The position numbers and the translations under genes were made by a program. From Octopus vulgaris (Eukaryota), in assembly GCA_951406725.2 (NCBI GenBank), contig OX597816.1:55986001-56050000 (forward strand): 64,000 nt of DNA, read 5' to 3'. Each line of letters begins with the position of its first letter. The stretch's first letter is position 1. The notes beneath the pieces are model-generated. The model made no database searches. It saw only the letters and a program-made list of their open reading frames with translations, and was not told where the DNA came from. Below, in pieces: positions 24,560 to 38,274 of the stretch.

Positions 24560-26500
24560 GTTGCTTCCTGTATTATTTTTGGTGATGTAACGAGATGGAC
24601 GGAGCTGCTCTTCTTTGTGTCCCCTGCCACGATATGGGTTCATCTGGATCCTCAGAGAAAAACCTGTCCAAGCGTTCCTTGTAACCTTCCACATCAACAC
24701 TGTGTAGATCTCTAAGGTTGTCTGGCAGGATTTTGAACAATTGCGGGCCCTTGAAAGCCAGACTATTGCAGTACTGTGTCCATATTTTAGATGGGGGAGA
24801 CGGGATCCTTGGTATGATGCAGTGCCATCCAGTTCGTGGATTGGCATAGCTGTCAATTCCAAAATTGGGAGCTGAACTCTCCACGGCCTTCCAATTATAT
24901 ATCACCGCATATCTCTCTCGTCTTCTATCCAGGGAATAGAAACTTACTCCTTTAGTCTCTCTCAGTAGCCCATCTTTTGCATCGAGTTAATCTTCTTTGT
25001 GTATTGGCGCTGGATAACTTCGGGTTCCACATTCTGTGGACCATAGTTGAGAGCAATAGTCCAAGCGGCTGAGAACGAAAGTCCTCCATAGGAGTAGCAG
25101 GTCCTCCTTTTCCTGGATCTGCATATCCTCAAAATCCATCCAGCCACTCACCTGCACAGTATTGCATCGTTGCTCATGTGAACCCCCAGGTAATACCAGT
25201 TATGCCGACGACAAAAATGTATCGCAGGCAGTTAGGAGCCCAGAGGACATCATAAAACTGCAGAAAGACCTGAATGAAATATACAAATGAGCTAACAAAA
25301 ATAGTATACATTTCTATGATGTCCTCTGGGCTCCTAACTGCCTGCGATACATTTGTGTCGTCGGCATAACTGGTCAGATTGGCTGACAGTACCATGGATG
25401 GCATGCCTAAGGGGGCCACCACAAATAGTACAGTTCCTTGTGGAACTCCGCTCAGAATTGGTGTCGCTTCAGATTGAGCACCATTGGTTACAACGGTCTG
25501 CCTCCTGCCCTTCAGAAAATCATGTAGCCACTCTCCTAGTAATACCAAGTTTTCGCAGCTTGCGACATATAATGCCATGATCAACCTTGCTGAAGGCCTT
25601 GAAAAAGTCGAGGTATATCACGTTTACAGCTTACTGGTTTAGCTGTTGTTTCAGTATCGAGTGAAAGTGCTGCAACAGCTGTGTGAAGCAGCTCCTCCCT
25701 GAACAGAAGCTATATTGCGTGTTTGTGAGAAGGTTGTTTTCTTCTAGGAACGTGATCAGCCTTTTTCTGACAATGCGTTCCATTGTCTTGTTAACATGTG
25801 TGGTCAGAAAGATGGGCCTGTAGTCTTTAGCATCTGCTCTGCTTCCTCGTTTATGGACAGGGCATATTATATTCTCTTTTAGCATGTTGGAAAGTTTACC
25901 GCATCCAAGGAAACTCTCAAAGAGTATCTTCAGTGGTTGCAAGACCCTATTAACATGATTTTAAGATAACAGCCGGGTGTTCATCTGGGCCCGTAACTGT
26001 GTTTGATCACATTTCATCAATGGGCAATATTACATCCTCTTCTGTTATATTGATGTAATTGATGGTTGCCTCTTTTCCGAATAGATTCGTTAGATTGAAA
26101 AACTCCTCAGGCTTGTTTATTTGCTTATTTTCCAGTGAAGAAGTGAAAACATTTCGGAATTGTTTATTTAGTGCTTCACTTATATTCTCTGGGTCTGCAG
26201 TTAGTGAGCCGTTTTTACTAAATAGCGGCCCTACCTTATAGTGTACTGAGGCAGACTCCTTTGCCAACGTGCAGAAGGCTTTAGAATTTCTTTTTATACT
26301 TTCGACTGCCCAGGTTTCTATTTCTTTTTCACGGGAGATTTTGAGTATGTTTTCAATCTCGAAAAGTTCCTCTGTCAGGTGAGTTTTCACAGTATCATTG
26401 AGGTGCTTGTTTAAACGATCCGAGATCCCTATTCTCCGCCGCATGTGTATTCTCCTGTCGCGGGGAATGATATTTTTGTGTGTATTGGGACATATCTAAT
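24560..26500 (-). mobile_element. CR1-group LINE, 5'-truncated degenerate ORF2 (reverse transcriptase)
   Basis: ICPVHKRGSRADAKDYRPIFLTTHVNKTMERIV, TNTQYSFCSGRSCFTQLL, YLDFFKAFSKVDH, WLHDFLKGRRQTV, SGVPQGTVL and YADDT, broken by stops and frameshifts. Confidence 0.92.
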
Positions 26501-26872
26501 GTATATGAGTCGCATTATTGGCATGAATTTACTGAGGCTGTTAACGGTTATATTTAATACTTTTTTTGCTGTTTTGTGTGTTTCTTTCTTTTTTTGCATC
26601 TAATATTTTATTATTTATCTTCTATATTAATGAAGATATTTCCTTCAATTGCTACTTTTCCTTCTATAAAATGAGAAGATACATAGCGGAACTTTTATTT
26701 CAACGAGTGATATTCAATTATCACCCGAATAGATACATCTACACCATTGGATGCTCCTGAACCAGTTGTTAAGCATCCCACCGATGAGGGATTGATACTA
26801 GATGTGTCGAAACAGTTGTAGGGATTAATAAAAAATTCTCGTGTCCTCCATCTTCCATCTCACTCATTAACC

Positions 26873-26930
<58 letters not shown>

Positions 26931-26995
26931 AAATGCTCTAATATCTATACAGCCTTGGCTTTTTTATCTTATTACGCAAAATATTCTTATATATA

Positions 26996-27212
26996 CAGGG
27001 TGTGCATAAAGTCTCTTTACAATTTTAAAATTTTATTACAAAGGCAGTTGACAAGATATCTTAACCAGATTTGTTTTATTGTAATAATTGTTTATTAAAG
27101 GTTTTTAACTGTTATTTAATAGACCACAATATGGGCACCATTAGATGCGCGAATCACCTCAAGATGGTCCTCGATTTCTTGCCATGTTCGCTGTAGGATA
27201 GCCTCATCAGCA
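26996..27212 (-). mobile_element. Gap-truncated copy of the DD41D mariner at 31232-32129
   Basis: Matches 31232-31448. Confidence 0.85.
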
Positions 27213-27312
27213 NNNNNNNNNNNNNNNNNNNNNNNNNNNNNNNNNNNNNNNNNNNNNNNNNNNNNNNNNNNNNNNNNNNNNNNNNNNNNNNNNNNNNNNN
27301 NNNNNNNNNNNN
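27213..27312. other. Assembly gap (100 N)
   Basis: Run of exactly 100 N. Confidence 1.
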
Positions 27313-27428
27313 AATTTTTCAGTTAACTATTCACACATGACATATGCCCAAACGCAAACTGGAAGTACCTGGATAGCACAGGGTAAATCTGAAGGTGGAC
27401 GAGCTTTATACTGACGAGTTTTATACCG

Positions 27429-27465
<37 letters not shown>

Positions 27466-27848
27466 ATATATATATAATGATAAATATCAGAGTGAGTTAT
27501 CAACAGTAGCAGAAACACATCGTGATGTAAATATGCCATTTGAATATGGCTAACTCCTAAGGGTGGATGCTACTGTAGTTTTTAGCCCCAGGAAGACATC
27601 TCCTCCAGCTGGCTATAGGCACAATTTCCGTGACCTATCAGTATTTGCAAAGGGAAGCCATTGATAGGTCAATACCTTGAAACTCGGGTCCGTGTGTATC
27701 ATAAGTTGAAGACGGGAAGGGTGGCTTCCCTTTGCAAATACTGATAGGGCACAGAAAGTGTGCCTATAGCCAGCTGGAGGAGATGTCTTCCTGGGGCTAA
27801 AAACTACAGTAGCATCCACGCTTAGGGGTTAGCCATATTCAAATGGCA

Positions 27849-27915
<67 letters not shown>

Positions 27916-28424
27916 GATATGAGCCGTTTTTCGTCAAGGTGACTACAACCAATAAGTATACTACCTTGGATAGTATACCTATTGATTGAGTCCTCAAATT
28001 GGTATGCCACTAAAATTCCGATTTGAACTGCAGTTGAAGATGTGATTTTGTGACTGCCTTTCTAAAGGCCTAGAATCGGCTTCAACTTGAACCGCGAGTT
28101 ATAAATTAATGCAGAGAAGAAAAGGCAAACTATTTGGCAAGACTTGACATGGATAACTTTTTATTATATATGTAAATGAAATGTCCTTGTCGAGTCTTGC
28201 CAAACTGTTTCATTTTTCTTTGTTGGTTATATACATACATATGTATATATATGTATATATATATATGTGTGTGTGTGTGTTATAAAGTGTGTGTGATAAT
28301 ATATATATAGTATATCTCTTTTTGTATAATGCCTCTATATATGTAATGGTGTATTAAAGTATTAATTGGTATCATCGATAGTTGATGTTTTATTGATTTA
28401 AGTATTTCTCATTCTAATTTTGTA

Positions 28425-28484
<60 letters not shown>

Positions 28485-28794
28485 TAGTATGTATGTATGT
28501 ATGTATGTATTAGATAATAAATCTTATGTTTTATATGACTCACACCAGGTAGCTTACCGGCAAAACATGTACACTTTGACACCAAGTGGCCTATTTAATT
28601 CGCTATCTGAGTGTATGTGCACCAGACCAGACGTGTGCGTCTGTTTACATTTTCGTGGATATTCGTATGACCGAGTGTACATGCGTGATAAAAACTACAG
28701 GAGGGCGTTTATACATCCATATCATTCTTTTATCGTTTACTAGTTTCAGCCCAGGACTGACGACATGCAGATGCATCACCTGTAGTTACTCGGT

Positions 28795-30735
28795 GTTGCT
28801 TCCTGTATTATTTTTGGTGATGTAACGAGATGGACGGAGCTGCTCTTCTTTGTGTCCCCTGCCACGATATGGGTTCATCTGGATCCTCAGAGAAAAACCT
28901 GTCCAAGCGTTCCTTGTAACCTTCCACATCAACACTGTGTAGATCTCTAAGGTTGTCTGGCAGGATTTTGAACAATTGCGGGCCCTTGAAAGCCAGACTA
29001 TTGCAGTACTGTGTCCATATTTTAGATGGGGGAGACGGGATCCTTGGTATGATGCAGTGCCATCCAGTTCGTGGATTGGCATAGCTGTCAATTCCAAAAT
29101 TGGTAGCTGAACTCTCCACGGCCTTCCAATTATATATCACCGCATATCTCTCTCGTCTTCTATCCAGGGAATAGAAACTTACTCCTTTAGTCTCTCTCAG
29201 TAGCCCATCTTTTGCATCGAGTTAATCTTCTTTGTGTATTGGCGCTGGATAACTTCGGGTTCCACATTCTGTGGACCATAGTTGAGAGCAATAGTCCAAG
29301 CGGCTGAGAACGAAAGTCCTCCATAGGAGTAGCAGGTCCTCCCTTTTCCTGGATCTGCATATCCTCAAAATCCATCCAGCCACTCACCTGCACAGTATTG
29401 CATCGTTGCTCATGTGAACCCCCAGGTAATACCAGTTATGCCGACGACAAAAATGTATCGCAGGCAGTTAGGAGCCCAGAGGACATCATAAAACTGCAGA
29501 AAGACCTGAATGAAATATACAAATGAGCTAACAAAAATAGTATACATTTCTATGATGTCCTCTGGGCTCCTAACTGCCTGCGATACATTTGTGTCGTCGG
29601 CATAACTGGTCAGATTGGCTGACAGTACCATGGATGGCATGCCTAAGGGGGCCACCACAAATAGTACAGTTCCTTGTGGAACTCCGCTCAGAATTAGTGT
29701 CGCTTCAGATTGAGCACCATTGGTTACAACGGTCTGCCTCCTGCCCTTCAGAAAATCATGTAGCCACTCTCCTAGTAATACCAAGTTTTCGCAGCTTGCG
29801 ACATATAATGCCATGATCAACCTTGCTGAAGGCCTTGAAAAAGTCGAGGTATATCACGTTTACAGCTTACTGGTTTAGCTGTTGTTTCAGTATCGAGTCA
29901 AAGTGCTGCAACAGCTGTGTGAAGCAGCTCCTCCCTGAACAGAAGCTATATTGCGTGTTTGTGAGAAGGTTGTTTTCTTCTAGGAACGTGATCAGCCTTT
30001 TTCTGACAATGCGTTCCATTGTCTTGTTAACATGTGTGGTCAGAAAGATGGGCCTGTAGTCTTTAGCATCTGCTCTGCTTCCTCGTTTATGGACAGGGCA
30101 TATTATATTCTCTTTTAGCATGTTGGAAAGTTTACCGCATCCAAGGAAACTCTCAAAGAGTATCTTCAGTGGTTGCAAGACCCTATTAACATGATTTTAA
30201 GATAACAGCCGCGTGTTCATCTGGGCCCGTAACTGTGTTTGATCACATTTCATCAATGGGCAATATTACATCCTCTTCTGTTATATTGATGTAATTGATG
30301 GTTGCCTCTTTTCCGAATAGATTCGTTAGATTGAAAAACTCCTCAGGCTTGTTTATTTGCTTATTTTCCAGTGAAGAAGTGAAAACATTTCGGAATTGTT
30401 TATTTAGTGCTTCACTTATATTCTCTGGGTCTGCAGTTAGTGAGCCGTTTTTACTAAATAGCGGCCCTACCTTATAGTGTACTGAGGCAGACTCCTTTGC
30501 CAACGTGCAGAAGGCTTTAGAATTTCTTTTTATACTTTCGACTGCCCAGGTTTCTATTTCTTTTTCACGGGAGATTTTGAGTATGTTTTCAATCTCGAAA
30601 AGTTCCTCTGTCAGGTGAGTTTTCACAGTATCATTGAGGTGCTTGTTTAAACGATCCGAGATCCCTATTCTCCGCCGCATGTGTATTCTCCTGTCGCGGG
30701 GAATGATATTTTTGTGTGTATTGGGACATATCTAA
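28795..30735 (-). mobile_element. Second (duplicated) copy of the CR1-group LINE
   Basis: Near-identical to 24560-26500. Confidence 0.9.
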
Positions 30736-31108
30736 TGTATATGAGTCGCATTATTGGCATGAATTTACTGAGGCTGTTAACGGTTATATTTAATACTTTT
30801 TTCGCTGTTTTGTGTGTTTCTTTCTTTTTTTGCATCTAATATTTTATTATTTATCTTCTATATTAATGAAGATATTTCCTTCAATTGCTACTTTTCCTTC
30901 TATAAAATGAGAAGACACATAGCGGAACTTTTATTTCAACGAGTGATATTCAATTATCACCCGAATAGATACATCTACACCATTGGATGCTCCTGAACCA
31001 GTTGTTAAGCATCCCACCGATGAGGGATTGATACTAGATGTGTCGAAACAGTTGTAGGGATTAATAAAAAATTCTCGTGTCCTCCATCTTCCATCTCACT
31101 CATTAACC

Positions 31109-31166
<58 letters not shown>

Positions 31167-31231
31167 AAATGCTCTAATATCTATACAGCCTTGGCTTTTT
31201 TATCTTATTACGCAAAATATTCTTATATATA

Positions 31232-32126
31232 CAGGGTGTGCATAAAGTCTCTTTACAATTTTAAAATTTTATTACAAAGGCAGTTGACAAGATATCTTAA
31301 CCAGATTTGTTTTATTGTAATAATTGTTTATTAAAGGTTTTTAACTGTTATTTAATAGACCACAATATGGGCACCATTAGATGCGCGAATCACCTCAAGA
31401 TGGTCCTCGATTTCTTGCCATGTTCGCTGTAGGATAGCCTCATCAGCAGTGGCAATGGCATTACGAATCCTTTGCTTCATGTCAGCAATATCCCTTATCT
31501 TTACATAACCCCATAAAAAGAAGTCCAAGGGAGTGATATCTGGCGAACACGGTGGCCATGGAATTGGCCCATCTCTTCCAATCCATCGGTCGGGAAATGT
31601 TTGATTGAGGAACTGACAAATATGCCGTCCCCAATGTGGTGGTGCACTATCTTGCTGGAAAATGATGGTTGGTTGTAAATCAATCAGTTGGGGAGCTACA
31701 TATTCGCTCAAAAGGTCGAGGTAAACATCTGCAGTAATTGTTGCCTCAATGAAGACAAACGGACCAATTATGCGGTTGCACATGATTCCACACCACACAT
31801 TCACTTTTGGACTTTCCTGTTGAAGCTCTCTAGTCACATGGGGGTGTTCTGATCCCCAGATTCTTACATTGTGTCTGTTTAAATTCCCTGAAACATGAAA
31901 GTCGCCTCCTCACTAAAACAAAAACGCTTGAGGAATAATTCATCCTCATTTTATAGGGATTCAGTGAATCAGTTACCTTCCATCACTAGAGTATCTGAAA
32001 CACAAAAAATGAATATCAATAAAAACTTTAATAAACAATTATTAAAATAAAACAAACCTGGTTAAAATATCATCAACTGCCTTTGTAATAATTTTTTTTA
32101 AATTGTAAAGAGACTTTATGGACACC

Positions 32127-32129
<3 letters not shown>
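31232..32129 (-). mobile_element. Tc1/mariner DD41D (rosa-type) transposon, internally deleted, about 110-bp TIRs
   Basis: TA-CAGGGTGTGCATAAAGTCTCTTTACAATTT... / ...AAATTGTAAAGAGACTTTATGGACACCCTG-TA. The ORF at 31352-31837 has FQQD-(41 aa)-D within WPPCSPDITPLDFFLWGYVK; FSEEATFH lies upstream. Confidence 0.92.
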
Positions 32130-32200
<71 letters not shown>

Positions 32201-33010
32201 CCATGAAGCCAGGACATTACGTAAGATGATAACAACAAGATGTTCATTCATCCATAACGCAGATCTCCAAAAGTTTGCATTGATACCGAACTAAAGAATC
32301 CAGTGTATGGCACTCTTGCAAATCTCTTGCAAATCACAGACTTGTCAGCGAAAGGTTACCACTGTTTTCTTTGTACAATACATCGGAAGTGAACTATGCA
32401 TGCTACGCTATTGCAGTATTGTGGGATTAAATCTAAATTAAGAAAATGATAAGTCTTTTTAAACGAACAGCTCAGCGCACAGTAACACCAAACTTATTGT
32501 TTAAATTGAACTTTCGGATTGCATATATGACCTCGGAATTTTCGGTGAAATTCCCACTTTAATGAAAAAAAAGACGAATGTTCAATACTTTTTGAGAAAT
32601 TGTTTGTGATACGAACCAAAAGACCTACCCACTATATTACTAGATGGTATTAGTTTGATAAGCTTGCCGGGTGGGCAGTGTCGTGTACAGCTCTTCTATA
32701 ATATGTAATGTAAATGTAATGATGGGCAATAACTCATATTATTACAATTAAACAGAGATATATTATTTAATCTCATAAAACGTGATTGTGTGTGCGTTTA
32801 TATACCTATACACATATATAAGGGGACACAAATGTACACACTTATACATATACGTGGTATAGAATATGGGTGTTTATAAGTGTGTCTGTGTGCATTACAT
32901 ATGTATCTCTGCATCTATATATTAATATATATATGTATATATGTATGTTGAGAGAGAGAGAGCGAAGGAGATAGATTGATAGATACAAACACACACTCAT
33001 GCACACACAT

Positions 33011-33052
<42 letters not shown>

Positions 33053-33136
33053 GTAAATAATAACAATTTAACAAATAAAACATATGCATAGATACATACA
33101 TATATGTACATACCTACATCTATATGTATATATACA

Positions 33137-33186
<50 letters not shown>

Positions 33187-33188
<2 letters not shown>

Positions 33189-33510
33189 AGTACAGGACAC
33201 CAAAATAAACGTAGAACACAACGAGATACGAAAACATAAAAACAAACAAGGAAACGGACTTTTTTTAACAACGAAAAAACAGAGTATGAGACAAACAATA
33301 CAAGGAATATTCCCCTTCACCAGCTGCCCCTGGTTCGACTCAATGCGTGTTTCGAAGGTAAGGGCAGAACACGATCCGGCCGAAGCAGTCCTTCCTGCAA
33401 AATGAATAAAAAAATAAAATTCTTTTGCAGAGGGGTAAAAAAAAAAGTGACAAGAACAGGACATAAAAGCAATACAAATAAATAAAAATACAGTACACAT
33501 AAAGAATAAA
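33187..33510. repeat. TA-flanked interspersed repeat, unclassified (possibly a Penelope-like terminus)
   Basis: Complex sequence bounded on both sides by TA-rich microsatellite, similar in organisation to the other short TA-inserted elements. Confidence 0.4.
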
Positions 33511-33550
33511 AACATATATATGTAAATATATATATATATGTAGGTATGTA

Positions 33551-33597
<47 letters not shown>

Positions 33598-35649
33598 TAC
33601 ATTATATTATATATAACATCCGATAGGAGTGGCTAAGCGAGATTATCTATATATACGATATTCCCAAAACAGCATTTCCAATTATTTCAGCTTGGTTTAA
33701 ATTCCTGCGAATGACATTTGGTTTGAAATAGTCTAGAAAGAATATCCATCTTTCTAATGGCACTGCAGTCCACTGTACTCTTTGCAAGGCTATTTGTCAT
33801 TGGCAGCTATTTTAACTGATTGAAAGAAACACGGTTGCGGCTTCTCCTGCAATGTCCTTCTGGGACACTGATTTGATCAACTGATTTAACCAAATCAGTT
33901 TTAGACGGGGTTGATATACTGTCTAAAAACCATTACTAAGGTGATGTCTGTTGAAATGGAAATCTGATTGATGCCATGGGCCGCAGTCGGACATTAAATC
34001 AACTCTTTCCTAATATAACAAATTTTCGAAATAAAATTCTGGAATTGAGAACACATCGTTTTGGCAATGATTGCTATTGCTTAGAGAGGGATATGTGAAT
34101 GGAATTTCGTGTTGTCCCGAGGATTGCATTTTTTTTCAGTAGGAACAAAGTAAAAATATTAATGGCTATTTATGCCAATGGAATTGAAAATTCCTCTTGA
34201 CTGGCTGCGTACACCGAGATGTAAGGCAGCTAAATGTTGACCAAATGACCGGATACTGAAATAGGTGTTACGTTGTTTGGTAGGTAACAGTTGTCGAGAA
34301 AATCAACCATTGATCTAAAATTTTATAACGACTATTCTGAATTCGGTAATTATATCTCCTCTACTAGTGCAGCCGTATCGTCAGAATTGATAACAGAGAC
34401 ATCAATTATAATACAGGAGATAAATCTGCAACATAATGGTTTCGCACTTTATATTTACTGGCAAAATATTACACATTGATCTGAACCAAAAACAAAAGCT
34501 TTAAAAAGTATGTGCCACCCGCCTAAACTTAATCGATCGTGCTAGCGAAGCCGTAAAAAGGATTGTTTCTACTTATAACATTGCCTCACGAAACGGGTTT
34601 GGTATAGAATAAGACTTTTAATTCAAAATGTTAATATTATTAAATTGTAAATCAAAAGCTGCAGCTCTATCTAGTAATATAAACATTGTCTGTCACACAC
34701 ACATACACACACATGGTGTGTGTCCTGTTTAAACGAGCATCTGCTGCAGGATCCTCGATCCCTTCAGAGTGATTTGTCTCGCCTGGCCTTGAACGCTCGA
34801 TGTTCTTTAACACTCGGTGTCATGTAGGGAGCTTTCCATAGACGCTATCCCGAAGCAAATTGACGTTTAAACAAAACACCTACGCTATGTATGTACGACC
34901 GATATTGCAAATGTTATATTTACAAAAGTCTTAAAATTTTATTCCAGAAACATTTTCTTGCAACTCACTTTAATTCTCTCACTCTCCCTCCATTCTCTAA
35001 CTTTTGCAGTCACGGCAGTATGAGAAACATTTTATACACTTACTCTTTCTCATTGTACATATCCTGTTACCCTCTATTCCTTAGATGAGAACCGCCTATT
35101 CCTTCCCTGTTTTGAATTCAAATAAGTAACGATTGCTAATTATTTCGACCAAAACATTAATTTCGGAGATACTAGATTTTCAAAAGAATATACTCAAAAT
35201 TAAGAGATACATACACGCTTCATTGTGGAGTAAACCATTCTACCCCTGTTAGTAAATACAGACATTTTATTACATATTGTGGGCTGACGTAATTTTTGCC
35301 AAAATTGAACATGGATGTTTATGAAATAAATCCGGCATGAAGGGTGCCGTTGTTGTACAGCAGGAGTTTGAAGAACAGAACAGGAATCAGATCTTCTCGA
35401 ATGATTTCAATTTGCTATTGAAATCAAAGACATTGGGTGGATGTATTTATATATGGATATGTACATTCGTGCATACACACAGCCGCACACAGATATATAT
35501 TTATACATATATATTTGTGTGTAATGAGTGTATGAATATAAATATATCATATAAGCGTGTGGGTTTGGTTTGTATATGTTTGTATTATGTGTTCATGTGT
35601 TTACATAGACAGACAGTAAGACATATAAATAGATAGATAGATAGATAGG

Positions 35650-35706
<57 letters not shown>

Positions 35707-35707
<1 letters not shown>

Positions 35708-36032
35708 TGTTTCTTTATTAGTCACACAGGGCTGCACACAGACAGGACAAATTACAAGGTAGAGCTTTTCTTTTGAGGATAAAAAAGGGGGTTAGGTTTT
35801 CGATCAAAAGGGATCGTAAAGGGAAAGAAAGAGGGAAAAAAAGAAAAGAAAAAAGGAGGGGGGATAAAAAATAAAAGGAAAAGAAAAAAACGATCAATAG
35901 GGATCATTATCACAGGAATGTCAATATAAAGTGTAAAGGGGAGGACAGGTGAGGTTTACCCGTGGAAAGAAAAGCCTACGGAAAAGACCACGGTAACCTC
36001 GGTCAATGAAGTCACATGTTATATTTTGTTTA
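35707..36032 (-). mobile_element. Retroelement 3' end (LINE UTR) inserted in a (GATA)n array
   Basis: The minus strand ends ...AATAAAGAAAC and runs into (TATC)n; GATA/GACA repeats lie on both sides. Confidence 0.6.
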
Positions 36033-36075
36033 CAGATAGGCAGACAGATAGGCAGACAGACGGATAGATAGATAT

Positions 36076-36148
<73 letters not shown>

Positions 36149-36717
36149 GCGCTACGTGCACACTTTCACAGAATGAGAAAGACAGACAAATATACAAACC
36201 GGCAGATTGAACGGCAGTCATTGATGTTTATGGCTGCGAGATGACAGAGTTAATAAACTGAACTGTTGTGATTTCAGTCAACAGCAGCTGGAAAGTTCGG
36301 GAGCTTCACAACGACGTATACGCAGTAGCTATCTCTTCATAATTTGTGATGTTGTGTGAAATACAATAAATTATACGTCAGCATTCTGTATTAGCAAAAT
36401 CTATTTCACCGTCAGTGAGTGAAGAGGAAAATCCGTTCGGTAAGAAATAATCTGCAGGTCATTCTACTAAACAATATGGCTAATCATCACTTGAGATTCT
36501 AACACGAGGGAAATTAAATTTCGCAATGAATAAACTACTAATAGACTTGTAATAGTACTTAGAAATAGTGGGCGAATGCTTTCTTTTCTTTATTAGATAC
36601 AAATTACCTCTTTCGAATCACTAAATACGCACACGCATACACTCATAAACTTATATGTGCATACATGCATACGTACGTACATACATACATATATACATAC
36701 ATATATACATACATACA

Positions 36718-36753
<36 letters not shown>

Positions 36754-36932
36754 TTTATATATATATATATATTGTCCTATGTACCCATGTTCACGTATAT
36801 AACAATCACTCCCACTCCGTGGCTTTTTCTCTTTCCACACACTCTCGCACAATTATAAGGAATATATACATACAAGAGCGTATGCGAGAATGCGGCGAGT
36901 AAAATGAAGCTAACAAAAGCATGAGTGTGTGT

Positions 36933-36995
<63 letters not shown>

Positions 36996-37328
36996 TTTGT
37001 GTGTGTGTGATAGTTTAGATTTGAGAAATCTCTTTTATCTACTCATGAATCAAATTAATGAAAATGTTGAACACCCCCATACTGAACTGCAACAAGAAAA
37101 TCTATATGGCTTAGTGTTAGGTGTAATTAGTCAGATTGATAGGTATCTTAATGTTAGAATATTAGTTCCATTGACCTACACCAGCTCTCCTGTCTTCGAT
37201 GAGGCTTCAGTATGGCTTGCACACTTGTATTTGCCAGTACATAGATATAGGTACACACACACACACGCACATACACACATACACATACACGTATATATAC
37301 ACACACATACACACGCATGAATATATAT

Positions 37329-37370
<42 letters not shown>

Positions 37371-37452
37371 TATTCATATATATGTATATAAATTCTTAAA
37401 TCCTTAAAAATGTTTTAACCCGAAGGCCGCGGCCATGCTGGGGCACCACCGC

Positions 37453-37492
<40 letters not shown>

Positions 37493-37525
37493 TGCACACC
37501 CATACACACATACATACACACACAC

Positions 37526-37570
<45 letters not shown>

Positions 37571-37574
<4 letters not shown>

Positions 37575-37766
37575 CCAAACATGAAAACACAAAGAGAAAA
37601 AACAACGCGAGGACGTGGAACAAGTATAGTGTTATTGGACGCTCAAAAATGGGAAGAAAGAAGGAGGATTTAAAGACGGAGGAGCTCTTTGTCAGAAACA
37701 TAGGGAAAGGAAAGATCCTAGGAATAGAAGACGGAGGAAAAAAATCGCCAACGGTACACACGCGGT
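37571..37766 (-). mobile_element. Short TA-flanked repeat, same family as 41736-41946; hammerhead core decayed
   Basis: TCCAAACATGAAAACACAAAGAGAAAA...AATCGCCAACGGTACACACGCGGT is shared with the 41.8-kb copy. Confidence 0.8.
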
Positions 37767-38029
37767 ACACACACACACACCTATACACACGCACCGAAGC
37801 ATCTCAAGTGTAACTGCCTGAAATGGTCGTGACTTCTGGAACTTGACTGAGGAAAGAAAGCCACGAATGACTCGTCTATTTTTGCTTGTCCTAATTTTTG
37901 TTTCTTTTGTGCGTCTTTGTATCGTCTATCTGTCGGTATTTTTTAATATCCTCTATTGTGTTTTTGTTCCATTTTTATGTGTGTGTGGCTGTGTGTGTGT
38001 GTATGTGTGTGGCTGTGTGTGTGTATATT

Positions 38030-38270
38030 CACAATGGGAATACATAGGATCAGGGTGTAGTTCAAACCCAGAGTCAGAGTCGGCGTGTTAGCAGGGAATC
38101 CTCATGATTAATGATGCCACATTCCATCTGCTCCTTATCAAAATAACTATACTGTGCAGACAAGAAGCCTGATGGATTCTGAGATCCTTCAAAACCAAGA
38201 AAAATTATACCCTTGGAGTCCAGTGGAGAACTTCCATTCTCAGGCACTTAGAATACTACTCCCAAGTGTC
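38030..38270 (+). mobile_element. CR1-like LINE RT fragment
   Basis: Translates to GILMINDATFHL...LCRQEA*WILRSF, matching the DLG...CRQ..GWILR thumb region. Confidence 0.6.
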
Positions 38271-38274
38271 ATCT

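Larger units (their letters stand above)
22996..31448. repeat. 4.2-kb near-identical direct duplication (22996-27212 and 27313-31448) either side of an assembly gap
   Basis: The same ORF set occurs twice in the track. The copies differ by a few SNPs and microsatellite lengths, and both abut the N run. Confidence 0.93.

Noticed and set aside
33310-33365. Possible type-II hammerhead (GAAAC...CTGGTGA) on the minus strand
   Set aside because: Core is mutated and the stems are unconvincing.
33620-34480. Possible helicase or other TE coding remnant
   Set aside because: Only a GYVNG-like string, with no other motifs in frame.
34770-34800. Candidate second exon (CAG|G ILDPFRVICLAWP)
   Set aside because: Stop immediately after WP, weak pyrimidine tract, and it lies within an apparent small inverted-repeat element.
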